Below, piece after piece: positions 1-13,966 of a DNA stretch of 64,000 nucleotides. The position numbers were made by a program, and so were the translations under genes. The notes beneath the pieces were generated by a model. It ran no database searches and was not told where the DNA came from. It worked only from the letters and a program-made list of their open reading frames with translations. Each line of letters opens with the position of its first letter. The first letter of the stretch is position 1. The stretch is from Octopus vulgaris (lineage: Eukaryota): assembly GCA_951406725.2 (NCBI GenBank), contig OX597814.1:117180001-117244000 (forward strand). Direction: 5' to 3'.

Positions 1-1975
1 GGATTCTGAAATCGCTGGACAATTTCAAAATATCTCCTGTGATTTCAGATTTTTTAAAGTATAATATGTCACTATGGAACACGAAGCTCCAATTATATCA
101 TTCTAATGGAGTATTGCACAACATTAGCATAAACTGTGTAATTTTCCAAGGTGACTCACTTTGACCACTAATTTTCTGCATAGCACTAATACCACTCTTA
201 AGTGAACTGATATGGCTACAAAATTGACAAGAAAATAATCCATCTATTTTATAAGGATGACTTAAAGCTATATGGCAAAGATGATGAAGAGCTTCAAGGA
301 TTATTACATACTGTGAAAGGATTCTGTGATGATATCGGGATGGAGTTTGGCATTGAAAAGTGTGCCAAAGCCACTTTTAAGAAAGGGAAATTGGTAAAGT
401 CTATTTCAATCGAATTAGATGTCGAAATAGTAATAAAGGAACTTGAGCTAGAACAAACCTATAAATACCTAGGAATAAATGAAGGCTCTGGTATCCAGCT
501 TGCAAGCATGAAAGAGAAGGTTAGGAAAGAATGTTATAGAAGAGTTGGAGCAGCTCTGAAGTCTGAGCTGAATGCATATAATAAGGTTTTAGCCATAAAC
601 TCTTTAGCAGTACCAGTTGTTCTTTATAGCTTCAATGTGCCTAACTGGAATACCAGTGAAATAATGAAAATTGACAGAAAAATCCGCAAGCTACTGACTT
701 GTAATAAGATGCACCATCCAAAGGCAGACGTGGATCGCCTTTACCTTCCCAGAGCTCAGGGAGATCGAGGTTTGATCCAGCTTGAACTTACATACAAAAC
801 CACCACAATCGGACTGGCCAAATACCTTGAAGCAACCAACGATTGGATGCTAACACTTGTTGAAAAACATGAAAGACCTAAAAAATGTCACTCTATTCTC
901 AAAGAGAGCAAAAAATTCGCTGCTGATCTCTTAGATACCCACGAGATTGAGCAGGCTGAAGGAAATGCGTCAACTGCAGCTGCAAAGAAAATAAAATTAA
1001 TTGCAAAGACAAAAGCACATGAAAATTTAGCTAGCAGATGGGAACAGAAACCTCTCCATGGTAACTATGTGGCCTGTAGCAAACAAGCTGATATCGACCA
1101 GAAACAAACGCACCAAAGGTTACGAAGCTCAGGGCGAAAATCAGAGAGTGAAGGTTTCATATTAGCTGCTCAAGACCAAAGCTTATTAACCCGGGACTAC
1201 CAAACCAATGTCATAAAAAATGGAGCTGACCCAAAATGCCGATTCTGTAACGATGAGATTGAAACAATAGACCACCTAATCTCAGGGTGTAGAGTCTTAG
1301 CACCTGCAGAATATAAAGCAAAACATGACAGAGTCGGCCAGTATTTACATTGGACAATATGTCGGCATTATAAAATCAAAACCGCTGACAAATGGTATAG
1401 ACATCATCCTGAAGTTGTGACTGAGGAAGAAAATGTGTCGATTCTATGGGACTTCCCCGTGCAGATCGACAGGACTATAAAAGCTAATAAACCGGATATT
1501 ATTATAAAAGATCAGACAAAAAGGACGTGTTTATTAATTGACACGAGTATTCCCTGTGATCACAATATAGCGGCGAAATAATTTGACAAGATTAGTAAAT
1601 ATAAAGACCTGCTAATAGGAATTGAAAAAATGTTGCATCTCAAGGCAACTACAGTACCAGTGATTGTAGGATCTCTAGGAATGATAAAAAAAGATACTGA
1701 AACCTATTCGAAAATGATTCCAGGTTTACCATCCCTACAGGAAGTGGAAAAAATCGTATTAACTGGAACGGCTCATGTACTGAGAAGAGCACTATCGCTG
1801 TGAAAATAACATCCATCCATGAATTTATTTATTTATTAATTTTTAAATACATATTTTATCTGTGAACTTCCGTGTGTAATCTGGGAATGCATACAATGCC
1901 CTTCTCTGCCCTAGGTGTATGGAAAGCACTCGGCGAGAAACGGAAGAAAATTTGAAGAAAGAAGGAAAGAACATA
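1..1975 (+). mobile_element. R4/Dong-clade RLE non-LTR retrotransposon, 3' part (RT C-terminal half, CCHC zinc knuckle, PD-(D/E)xK endonuclease, 3' UTR); disabled, cut by window start
   Basis: IFQGDSL and HLFYKDDLKLY motifs lie upstream of ORF 313-1581. The ORF has GMEFGIEKCA, YKYLG, MHHPKADVDRLYLPR..G.RGL, AAQDQSL, CRFC..ETIDHLISGC and KPDIII..LIDTSIP. An in-frame stop at 1579-1581 is followed by KYKDL..VIVGSLG..TAHVLRRALSL* (1803), and the element ends in (AAT)n. Confidence 0.93.
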
Positions 1976-1977
1976 AC

Positions 1978-2035
<58 letters not shown>
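1975..2035 (+). repeat. (AAT)n tail/target of the Dong-like LINE
   Basis: Near-pure AAT array directly after the LINE 3' UTR. Confidence 0.95.
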
Positions 2036-2037
<2 letters not shown>

Positions 2038-2189
2038 CGATCTGCTAAAAAGTACAAACTCGTAGGATTCTTGACTTTTTAGGAAACTTGTTACCAAAAC
2101 TTAAGACATCATGTCTGCTAAATAATGTAGCATTTCATAGTTATGTATGCTCGTATTCCCGTATAATTATCATTGTTGTTGTTGTTGTT

Positions 2190-2800
2190 CAGGCGGTGGC
2201 CTGACAGAACCGTTAGCACGGAGGTTGACTTTGCATTTCATCTCTTCAGGATCGATAAAATAAGGACAAGTTGACACTTCCCCATAATGCTGGCCTTTTG
2301 CCAAAATTTAAAATCATCCCTATTATTATTGTTATCATACATAATTCTGTCATCTCTCTGGCATAATCATTATTATTATAACGATTATGTCGGCGAGTTG
2401 ACAGAATTGCTAGCGCGCCTGACGAAAAGCTTAACGGCATTTTCGCAGTTTTTTACGTGCTGACGCTAAATCACGCGAATCACGGTCGATAAAATGAGTA
2501 TCATTCATCACTGCGATCGATGCAATCGACTAGCTCACTGTCGCTAAATTGCAAACCCTAAAACAGAATTGGAAGTAATAATTACAGCTTGCTAACAGAA
2601 ATGTGGGTACGCGACACAAATGGCTAAAAGTGTCTTTTTTCCGCGTTTTGCATTACGGCTACAAGTGCCTCCAAGGTCGAGTTTGCCTTTTTATCATTTT
2701 GGGGTCGATAAAATAACTACCGGTCGAGCACTGGTGTTGATGCAATCGACTTACCCCTTCTACTCACATTTGTTGGCCGTATCCTAAATTTAGACCGAAT
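2190..2800 (+). mobile_element. Cluster of three decayed copies of tRNA-derived SINE family A
   Basis: Degenerate matches to GGCGGCGAGCTGGCAGAA..GTTAGCACG and GTCGACTTTGCCTTTCATC..GGGGTCGATAAA at about 2190, 2390 and 2675. Confidence 0.65.
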
Positions 2801-4811
2801 TATTGTCACCATCGACGCCATCGTCGTTGTCATCATCATAATCTTCAATATCATCATCAATTCATCTTTTTTTTTGCAAGAAGCGATTACGTGTGTTACC
2901 CGTTTGGATTTAAAACATATTGATTTTTTCTTTTACAATTGGATTTTTAATTCTGTGTTCTGACATGTCATCCTGGCACATGCAAAGAGGAAAAATATAG
3001 AAATACATTTTCGATGTTTGATTTTTCCTTCTTCTGGGGCTTAAGTTATTTATAAATATAGTTCTTTTTTCTTGTTTACACTTTCTGAATGCCGTCATAT
3101 GACATGGAGTGTGACTCCCTCAAGTAAAACAAATTAAACATGGAGGCAACTTCGCGGAAATAAACAAAACAAAGCAAAATTTGAACAAAAAAAGACGCAG
3201 GCACTTTGAAACATGAAAATAAATAGAATTCTATGAATATCAGTACTATTGAGGATATAGCAACACTATTACCATGACCGCAACCACCACCGCCGCGGCC
3301 GCCGGCATTACTACTACCACCGCCACAACCACCACCGCCGTCGCTGCTGCCGCTAACTTCACTTTCGCCGCTAAGATCGGGAACAACATAAAACATGAAA
3401 ACGTACACACATTTGCAGACAGTTTGATTAGCATACGAAGTATTGTAGCAATACTACGATATTTCATGCATCGTGCTCTACCCACGTACGCTAGCACACA
3501 AAAATACTCGAAACTGCGTTTATAGCAATAGATGTATTTTGCGGTATTGCTTGTCCCACAGATATTGTAGCCTAAATTGAAATCCTGTAGGATGAGGAGC
3601 TGAGGAATTACGTGACAATTTTGCATATCTTCCAATGCTTAGAAGTGCATGTAATGTACAGTGTTGCTTTTGAATCCTGCAGCAGGATGTACTGATGTAT
3701 CTGTTTCATTTGCAAGGCGAAATACAAGCCAAGGTGGCAGAGTTGGTTTAAACTAATGAGCGTAAGCTCCGAAATCTATACCTACACCAGCAAAAATTAA
3801 GTATCAATTACAGACGCATCATCAATGAGTTTGAGTTACCCCTAGATCGGTATCAGCGTTTGAGCTCAACACGGCTTCATGATTTAGGAATGTTGGTCAG
3901 TAATTGACATGTGTTTGATAGGTTCCACTACAGATATACAAAACTGATTAGCTCCTGTAACTACTGTAACATTATTGCTGCTATCGCAGTCGTTTGTGCA
4001 TAAACTTGAGCCAGAGAGTTGTGGTGCAGTGGGGAGACACGCGTGCTACAAGTGTGCTGGCAAGAGTTATCACTAGAAAAGTTATAGCCTTCATGAACTA
4101 GAAAATTATAGAAAGAGAGAGAGAGAGAAAAAAGTAGGAGGGAGAGGGGAAGGGAAAACTATGTTCACCAGGACAATCAGAATCATCAACAATCCCAAAT
4201 GGAAGGTATTCCAACTGCTAGTTGTAATTCCACGGATATCTGGAAATTTGCTTCTCTAAAATCGTTGCGACTCTAAAGTCAGTGGTGATCCGTGTGAGGC
4301 AAGATAAACAATTGTAAAGTAACATGAAGGACAGACAGACAGAAGAAAATTGTGAACGAAACTAAAAGCTGTGCAAAACAACGGCGCCGGTATTTCAGTT
4401 AAAACTGGAGGTTCGCCGGCACTAAAGCACCAGCCTCATGGGGGAATCAAATCTTAACGAAACTGAAGCTTGGAGGGGAACCAGGCATCATTCCAGCAGA
4501 AGGAAATACCTAGATATATATCACATAAGCTAGAGAGCGAGAAGAGCAGTGGCAGAATAATTAGTCTTTCCTGGACCTACGATAAATACATTATATCCCA
4601 CTTGAAATTATACGTCTCCTCTTTTCAGGAACTGAAGATAGATAGTAAATACCTGATTAAGAAGAGGGGCAAGGATAGCACAAAACCTCCACATTGCGAT
4701 TTAAAATATCAGCTTTGCTATATCAGTATGGTATATTACACACATCATCAGCAGTTGCCCTAAATTGTCTACGCAATACTACCTGCCATTGACGCATGAT
4801 GTAGTTGCAAC

Positions 4812-4890
4812 GACTATTTACAATGCTATCTGCAAACAATATTTACATTCTTATCTGCAAAGACTATTTACATTGTTATCTGCTATTTAC
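4812..4890. repeat. Minisatellite, about 25-bp unit x3 (GACTATTTACAWTGYTATCTGCAAA)
   Basis: Three imperfect direct copies are visible. Confidence 0.75.
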
Positions 4891-5578
4891 TATTGCTCTG
4901 ACGAATATAGGAACGCCAGGTAAGAACCAGCTGGTATTTACGCTTTTAAAACAAATAAATACTGACAGAACACTTCAATAAAACATCAATTTGGTGCAAA
5001 TATAGCAGACCTAATATTCTTCTGAAGATAGAGAGCAAAAGTCAGTTGCTCAGCGGATATGAATCTACACCGAAAAGTCCAGAAAAAGTGAACATTTATG
5101 AAACATTAATGCGGAAATTCCAGCACTAATACACTAATTGTAAATGCTCATTGCTGTCTCCGATTTTAAATGCATTAAGTTATGAACAACAAATTTACAC
5201 AAAAACCTAAAAGTGCTAGGTTTTTCTAAGAAAGAGCAAAAGAAACTGATATGGATTCTCCAAATCCAACCGATTACTGGCTCAATTAAAATTCGTAAGA
5301 CATTCCAAAGATTCTCCATCTGAGATTCTTGAGTCGAGTTGACCCATGCAATTTAGTGTGTATGTGTACGCATCGACAGCTCAACCACATATTTACAAAA
5401 AAGGGAATTCTCTTAAATCAAAACGTCTTGTCGCATTTTCTGCGACAGGTTTGAACTCTCGTAAGATAAATTTAAATGAGACTCAAAGAAAAAAAAGACA
5501 CATTCATTGCATACAAACATCCATCCATCCATCCATACATACATACATACATAAGCATGTCTAGATATGCAACTATAT

Positions 5579-5772
5579 GCATGAGAATACATACATAAAA
5601 CAAAACAAATCTGCACATATACATACATACATACATACATACAAACAAAAATATCCTGTTGTTGATGTTGAAGTTCCAGTGAAGGAGCCGTGGATCTCGG
5701 TTAAAAACCGACTCTTTCTCTATTGGCAAGAGATCTTGTAATAAAACTGAATAATGACATACATACATACTT
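5579..5772 (+). repeat. Unclassified interspersed repeat family D (130-190 bp) embedded in (CATA)n
   Basis: Matches 60620-60800 in the same orientation and 8420-8640 in reverse complement; shared core CCTGTTGYTGATGTTGAA..TTGGCAAGA..AATAAAACTGAATAATGAC. Confidence 0.8.
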
Positions 5773-6704
5773 ACACTCCATTCATATATACATACATACA
5801 CACATACATACATACATATATACATACATACATGCATACATACTTACACTCCATTCATATATGTCTTCCGTTTGTATAGTAAATAAGTTGAAGCTGATAA
5901 ACTCAAGTGACTGCAATTTAATTAACATTATCGAGCGTGAGGCAGGAAAACAGTTAATCTAAATCTTTCAAAATGTAAAAATATTTCTGATCTTGGTCAT
6001 AAATTTTTTGTAAACAACGTGAATAGAAATACGAAAAACCATATTTGATAAAATGTAATTGAATTTAGCGGCCATTTATTTTTAATACCTTATTTTTACG
6101 ATCAGGTTATTTGAACTTTAAAATAAGATCTTTAACATGAAGAAGGGAAATTACCTCTGAACGCCATACTGCAATTGCCACCACCATAACAGCAATCACC
6201 ATTCAACTATTCTATTATTTGATGGTAGTAGTCTCATCCAGTAACAATAAGCATGCAGTAGTACATTGTATCAAGTAATCTCTTAATACCGGCTAAGACT
6301 ACATTGAGATCTGTATCAGATCACGATAAATAGCCTTATCACAATCACCATCCACTGCTAACAGCACCTAGATTATGGCAGGTGTTCAAATATCCCGATT
6401 GCTATTCCTCTAATAAAAGCAATTTTAAGGAATTTACCGTTTTTTTTATACAAGTATTATTTATTGGTAATATAAAATCTAACGGTTTTATAAATTTCTC
6501 TGTTCCTGCTCGGTTTATAATCCAACTATCCATGCACTGTCAGCTATTGTAGCAAAGGTATGTATATCAGAAGAGAAAATATCATGTGTGGATGTTATAG
6601 ACGTTAATGTTGGTTGCTGGTAGAATTTTTCACGATATTTCGAAAATGAAAGTGGGGTATAGAATTCCTTGAGGAATTTAAAAGAGAGTCAATTATATTA
6701 TTAG

Positions 6705-6905
6705 TTTAACATTTTGGCATATGGTAAGCGATTTTGGAGGAGGGGTTAAGCCGATTACATTGACCTCCGTGCTTAAAAGTTTCTTATTCTATCAACCCTG
6801 AAAGGTGAATGAAAGGCAAGTCAGCTTAATTTGAACTCAGAACGTAAAGAAGGACAAAATACCTCTAAATATTTTGCCCAGAGTGCAAACGATTCTTCTA
6901 GCCTT
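6705..6905 (-). mobile_element. SINE family A, decayed
   Basis: Degenerate reverse complement of the family A core (GAAAGGCAAGTC..ATTTGAACTCAGAACGTAAAGA..ATTTTGCCC). Confidence 0.6.
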
Positions 6906-7420
6906 AATGTCGATTCTTATTTTATTAGTAGCGTAAAGGAAAACCAATTCTGTTAAGTGCACTCAAGACTTGCACAATAAGCTAAATAGATGGGTAATTA
7001 GTAATGATAGATAAATGTTACTTTTGTGTGACGTATGCTATTGGTGCGTCAGTGTAGCGAATCGTATACTCTCTACATATGGTTGTAACAAACGATAATG
7101 ATCTGCGTTAATTTTTCATATTATAATTCTTTAAACATTTTGAGATAAGAATCAGTAGTCGGTCTGCGTATTGGATGCGTAGATATGTTAAGCTTTTTTA
7201 GAGTTTTAGAAAGTTTCCATCGTAGTTTTGAGAATATATGTTTGAGATATGAAATACAACAGGTTGTGTGTATAAGTATGTACCCATACAAAATTACATG
7301 ATTGTACTTATATATTTATACAAGAAACACACACAGCCAGACACCCACACTCATGTATACGTATCTATCAATATCTATGTATGTATACACACACACGCAC
7401 ACACACACACACACACACAC

Positions 7421-7467
<47 letters not shown>

Positions 7468-8133
7468 AAATACATCCCAATACATAAAATAGAATTGCAC
7501 TCTGCATCGACAGGAGATTGCATTCCCAGAATACAGAATGAAACTCTTTAGTGAACATAATGAGACATGCGCAAAGCAACTGATACCACAATTTGTAGTC
7601 TTTCCATTCTATCAATGTGCCATTGGAACACCAACACAAGTTAGATTAAATAAGGTAACCTTCTTCATTGAAAAATATATATGTCAAAACGTAACCATTT
7701 CTAACATTTTTAAATAAGGACATTCACCTCATTGAAAAAAAAAATATAAAGCAAAACCACTTGTAACATTTTATTCCTTCTAAACCAAATCATATTAAAC
7801 TAATCAAGCCTAGTCATTCTCAACATTTTTGATTGTCTCATATATACCGGAAAAGTCCCTGATTACCTCCCCCTGCCTGGAACTCCATATTTCACAAAAA
7901 AACGAAGACATGAGACGATATAGGTAAAGAAATTTGAGAAATTTGAAAAGAAAATACGAAACCAGTTATTTCTCCAAAACCTATGCTACTATACGCAATA
8001 TTTTATAACATTTTTCTAACATAACGATTTAAATATATTCTTTAACCATATAACACAAGTCTTCTGTAGTTTTTTACTCTTTGTTGTTTTTTATACATCC
8101 AACCACGTGCTTTGACATACCAACTCTCTCACA

Positions 8134-8204
<71 letters not shown>

Positions 8205-8419
8205 ACATACATACATTTATATATATATATATATATAACTACATACATACATACATACATGCATACATACATACTTATACATATACCTGCTTAGTTTTGA
8301 ACGTCGTGGTGCAGGCAAATAGTAAATATAGAATTAAGACGCAAAACTAGCCTCCAGTTATCTATGATTTCTAAAACTTATGAAATATCAGAGACCTTAT
8401 TTTGTATAATGTTATATGT

Positions 8420-8640
8420 GAGCCATTATTCAGTTTTATTTCAAGATTTCTTGCCTATAGAGTATCAATCTGTTAACAGCCGAGATCCAAGACACCATGG
8501 CTGAAATTTCTACATCAGCAAGGTATGTCTGTATGTATGTCATTGTTTAGTTCTATTTCAAGATATCTTGCCATTAGAGAAATACATGGTTTCTAAGCTA
8601 GGATTCTCATTGGAATTTCAATATCAACAACTGGGTAATT
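8420..8640 (-). repeat. Two tandem copies of repeat family D
   Basis: CATTATTCAGTTTTATTTCAAGATTTCTTGCC at ~8424 and a variant at ~8541 are reverse complements of 5715-5760. Confidence 0.75.
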
Positions 8641-8642
8641 TT

Positions 8643-8707
8643 GTATGTACATATGTATGTACATATGTATGTACGTATGAATGTATGTATGTCTAAATGC
8701 ATGTATG

Positions 8708-8738
<31 letters not shown>

Positions 8739-8767
8739 GTATGTATGTATGTATGTATGTATGTATG

Positions 8768-8798
<31 letters not shown>

Positions 8799-8863
8799 GT
8801 ACGTATGTTATGTATGTATGTTATGTATGTATGTATGTTATGTTATGTATGTATGTATGTATG

Positions 8864-8894
<31 letters not shown>

Positions 8895-8915
8895 GTAAGT
8901 AAGTTATATATGTAT
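8643..8915. repeat. (TATG)n microsatellite
   Basis: Direct inspection; source of the spurious MYVC-repeat ORFs. Confidence 0.95.
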
Positions 8916-9473
8916 GTAGCCACTACACATTCTTTATTTTCTCTCCTTGTTTCTTTCTGTGTTTCCACAAATACTCCGGGTTAAAGGAAATAGACTGCCA
9001 CCCATTCGTTATGATGTACAGTTTATGAAGTATAGATTACGATATGTTCCGTGATGTAGTTCATTCAATTGCCACGTAGAGAAATGAACTAAATACTGGG
9101 TTGAAACGAAATTTGAGACAGCATTATTAACGTTATAGATAAATACTAACAAAATGGATCTGCGCTGTCTTATTTGTAGTGTTTTGTCATTATTTACTCA
9201 ACTGAATATCACAGATGAATCCGTATCTGCGAACACACACACGGCTTCTTATCATGCGTAGGTGTATAAATACCTCCAGGCATAACCATGTAGACAAGTA
9301 CGTACGTATATATGTTTATACATACACACACGTACACACATAAACGCGCGCACAAACACACAGACATACACACGCGTACACACAAACGCGCGCACACACA
9401 CATACACACATGTACACGCATAAACGCGCGTGCAAAAAGCACACGCACATACACAACCATCTTTTACCTGTTA

Positions 9474-9926
9474 TCTTTTATTTGTTTCAGTCATTAGATG
9501 GTGGCCATGCTGGGGTACCACCTTGAATCTTTATAGTCAAAGGAATCGTCCCCAGTTAAGGCTGGTACTTATTCTAGCAAACTCTTTTGCTGAATTGGTA
9601 ACTTAGCGGGACGTAAAGACACTAACATCGGTTTTCAAGCGGTGATGAGTGGACAAACACAGACACCAAGACACACACAATACACACACACACACACATA
9701 CGGAAATATATCCATGTATATATATAATGAACTAGAAAGAAAAGAATATATATACATATATATACGACGGATTATTTCAGTTTCCTTTTACCAAATCCAT
9801 TAAGAAGGCTTAGGTTGGCCAGAAGATATAGTAGAAGACACTTAGCAAAGGTGCGACGCAGTGGGACCGAACCCGGAACCTTGTGGTTGGGAAGTAAGCT
9901 TCTTACCACAATGCCACACCTGCGCC
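9474..9926 (-). mobile_element. SINE family B (tRNA head, CORE-like segment, internal microsatellite, LINE-like tail)
   Basis: Reverse complement of the copies at 13738-14164 and 39207-39625. Confidence 0.85.
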
Positions 9927-11099
9927 AATGTTTGAAATTGTGTGTTTACTTGTTTATGATTATGAGACAATGTGCTTGTGTAAGGATGTATATGAGTGTG
10001 TGTATGTTTATTCGTGCGTGTGTAGCCCGTCGATATGTAAAAGATGGAATTATCACTCTAACTGAGATAAATAGATTTGATGATGATGGAAGTAACACAC
10101 CGCTTATAACAGAATGTATATTCTTAATATTTCTCCTCCATTTATTTGCATTTTAGATTGTGCAGCATAGACTGCGTTCTTATGATATAACTCAATGTAA
10201 AGACTAGTTTTGTATGCTAGAGATTGTATTATTTATATTTATATATTAGCAGATGTCTGCGTATTGGTATGCCTGTGCATAATGCCAATGAATGAGTGAG
10301 AGGGGAGAGAAAGAAGCAGAGAAGTAAAGTGGCTTCTGACTTCTCCTGCATCTCCTCATCTGTCAGTATGTTTCTTTCGACAGAGGGACAAATGTAAATA
10401 GTGTAAGTGTTTGAGTGAGTTAGAAAGAAAGAGCGGAAGAGATTGAAAGAAATAGATATAGACTAAATGCGAGGAACTATTACAGAAGGTGAGAGAGAAT
10501 ATGTTTGAGCGAGAGAAACGCAGAATAAGAGAAACACAGAGAGAAGAAAGAAAGAAATCGAAAGAGATAGCAAGTTTCTATAGAAGCTGAAAGAGGAAGG
10601 GATAGCGGGAGAGAGGTACGCTGATGTTTGATACTGTATGTGTGTTCTATATGTGAAGGTGACAGAAAAACCAGCAAAACGAAAGAGGAAAAGCAGGAGA
10701 GAAAGATAAGCTGATGCTTAATACTGTATGTATATGTGTATATATGTGTGTTTTCGTGTGTGTTTCTGTGTGTGTGTCTGTGCGTGTGTGTATGTGTGTG
10801 CATGCTTGAAGACATTCATGTGACTATCACTCATTTTTTCATTTAATCCCCAATTTCATTTTCAAATTTTTTTTTCCAGAAAAATGTTCTCATTGTCTAC
10901 CAGAGTAGATGGCGTAGATGAAGATGTTCAACATTCTACAGTGAAGCAAAGACGAGCACAGGTAGCCAGCGTAAAGTCACTAGAGATCCCTGCACGACGA
11001 CAGCAAAGACATGAAAACGACCGAATGGGACCTGCTGCGCGTAGGGTCAGTGAGTGACGAGAGGCAAGGGAAAAATGGTTAGAACACTTATGCCAACAA

Positions 11100-11325
11100 A
11101 ATACAATCCGCAGGTGCCAACATTCAAAAAATGAAAGAGAAAACGTTTAAAGGATGCAAGACAAAAACAACCTGCCAGATTACGGTATGACGCACACAAA
11201 GAGAACAGTGTCACCCAACTCGCTTCTTCATCAAAACCACTACCGAAAGATGAGCCAAAAACTCTGAAAGACGGTACTCCGCCATGGCCTCTGCTTCTGG
11301 CTGAAACCAGTAAGAGTTTAAAAAG
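11100..11325 (+). mobile_element. Highly decayed CR1-like LINE 3' end
   Basis: TFKK..L....Y....NSVTQ parallels TFKRCLD..PD.P..NSL at ~36735. It is followed by the tail GACGGTACTCCGCCATGGCC..GGCTGAAAC. Confidence 0.4.
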
Positions 11326-11332
11326 AGAGAAA

Positions 11333-11398
<66 letters not shown>

Positions 11399-11670
11399 GC
11401 AGTAGCAAACTGAGGAGAGATTTCCTTCAAATAGGTGTTAAATATCCAATTCACAGGTACTTCAGTTGAATATCGTGTAAATACGGGTATAATGCAATTA
11501 AAAATATAAATTAAATAGAGAGATACTATTGAAAATCCAATTGCAACAGCCTTGGTTTCAGTGGCCCAAAGCTTTTTGATACTCGTAGCAAACAGTGTAG
11601 CAAACGGTGGAGACCCAGCAGAGCCGCAGCTCTGAGCTGAAACAACTGATAAAACAACAAAACATAGAAC

Positions 11671-11759
<89 letters not shown>

Positions 11760-11907
11760 TATACATATATATATATATAGATAGATATAGATAGATAGAG
11801 AGAGAGAGAGCGAGGGAGAGATTCATATTCCAGCATGACTGAAGTCAGGTGACGGAAACAATGATTTCAAAGAGTATGTGTATACATATATATATATATG
11901 TATATAC

Positions 11908-11968
<61 letters not shown>

Positions 11969-12667
11969 CATACATGCATACATACATATAAATACCTACA
12001 TACATAGGTACATGCACGCATTCATACAGATACACATATATTCATACATACATACAAATATACATAATGGAAGCCTATTCCCAACCACGAGCTAATAAAC
12101 GGTCATGCATGAAACTGAACTTAGAATCGGTTCAGGTAGATATATAAATAGACTAATTAAATTAAAGTCTGAAAAGCTCCTATTTTCTATAACATACACC
12201 CTCTTACATTTTCGATATTCCCTTTGTTTATTCTATTGCTTGATTTTGCAGTTTATATTTCAAAATTGTTCTCTGATAATTAACTAATTCTATCAGACTT
12301 CAGCCAACGAATTATACGCTTATATTGATTCGATTTATTTTTTATATACAGCATTTATATTACTATCGAAACACTCCCTAATAATAATCAGATGTCCTTC
12401 CGTTTTCCTGTATTACATACCGAAGTTTTTCATGTGACGCAGGTTGCATAAGCCACCAGCCTGAAACATAAAGTCCTTAATAACACGCAAATTGCAATGT
12501 TTAGTCGATTTTTATTCTATATTTATATAACATGCAATATTTACTCTATATTTACTGTGTCGTTTTCAAACTGGCTTAAAGATAATAGGACACAGCCACT
12601 CACACATACACACAATCACATGACGTGCCCCGACCAACAGGCATTGCTCTCTCTCTCTCTCCCTCGT

Positions 12668-12711
<44 letters not shown>

Positions 12712-12834
12712 CACCGACACACATGTATATACATATACATATATTAATTATTTATATATTTTTTGTTGGAGCCCTAAATAGTTTTTGTTGAACTCCTTAA
12801 TAGAGTTATAATAGAAGATTTCTAAATAGATATC

Positions 12835-13135
12835 ATTGATAGACATGCCGGTCCCACCCAGGAAGGACTTTATTATGGAAGACCGTACGACTAAGACTTT
12901 TGTATTCGGTAAGCGCAGCGGCTTTTGGGGATCTTTGGCATTGTGCAGTGGTGACCCATTCTGACATTTGTGTAGCTTTCGCTGCCAAAATTTGACACAA
13001 TCTCTTCCAGGATCTGCAAAATGTGTATTACAGCATGTCAGTCCCGCCTTCGTTCCAGAGAGTAAAGTCTTAACTGCTTCAGCCTTTCGCAGTAGCTGAG
13101 TTGTTGCAAGGAGACGATCTTCCTTGTGAAGCTTC
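12835..13135 (-). mobile_element. CR1/L2-type LINE 3' fragment
   Basis: Minus strand encodes QLSYCERLKQLRLYSLERRR, the typical CR1-group post-RT motif. Confidence 0.7.
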
Positions 13136-13159
13136 ACGTGGCTCGAGAAGGAACAAATA

Positions 13160-13272
13160 AACTGTTTGTTTCAGTACTTGCAACCATTCAGCATCCTTCT
13201 TGTGCTCCTTGTCTTTGCTACTGATGTCACTCCAAAATCTTTGACTTTCATTATCTGTTATCAACTTATCAC
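13160..13272 (-). mobile_element. Short fragment of an R4/Dong-like LINE (region N-terminal to RT)
   Basis: Encodes ESQRFWSDISSKDKEHKKDAEWLQ; clearly homologous to 54095-54205. Confidence 0.75.
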
Positions 13273-13274
13273 GG

Positions 13275-13277
<3 letters not shown>

Positions 13278-13337
<60 letters not shown>

Positions 13338-13346
13338 CATTATTAT

Positions 13347-13405
<59 letters not shown>

Positions 13406-13552
13406 TTACTAGTAGTAGTAGTAAGAGTAGTAGTGGTAGTGGTAGTAATAGTAGTAGTATTAGTATTAGTAGTAGTAGTAGTAGTGGTAGTAGTATTAGT
13501 ATTAGTATTAGTAGTAGTAGTAGTAGTACTAGTAGTAGTAGTAGTAGTAGTA
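13278..13552. repeat. Compound (TTA)n-(CTA)n-(GTA)n microsatellite
   Basis: Direct inspection; source of the poly-L/V and poly-T/S/N ORFs. Confidence 0.95.
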
Positions 13553-13737
13553 GGTATCACGATTTCATTTGATTTTATAATCAACTTTGCTGGAATGCTG
13601 TATGGACCGTGTTACTTGAGAGCGACATTATAGTCTAAACAATGTACATTTTTACCGGTGTAACATGTTGTAGCAGCAACGAATAAGTTTCTCGGTGGGA
13701 GGTGCGGGCGAAATGCTTAGCAGTAATTCATTTAATA

Positions 13738-13908
13738 GGTGCAGTAGTGGCTCTGTGGTAAGTAGCTTGATTACCAGCCACACGGCTCCGGGTTTAGTCC
13801 CACTGCGTGGCTCCTTCGGCAACTGTCTTCTACTATAGTTTCGGGCCGACCAAATCCTTGTGAGTGGATTTGTTAGACGGAAGCTGAAAGAAGCCCGTCG
13901 TATATATG

Positions 13909-13966
<58 letters not shown>

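Noticed and set aside
313-1581. Longest ORF as a functional CDS
   Set aside because: It is an internal piece of a LINE with a YKDD active site, an upstream stop and a premature stop inside the endonuclease domain
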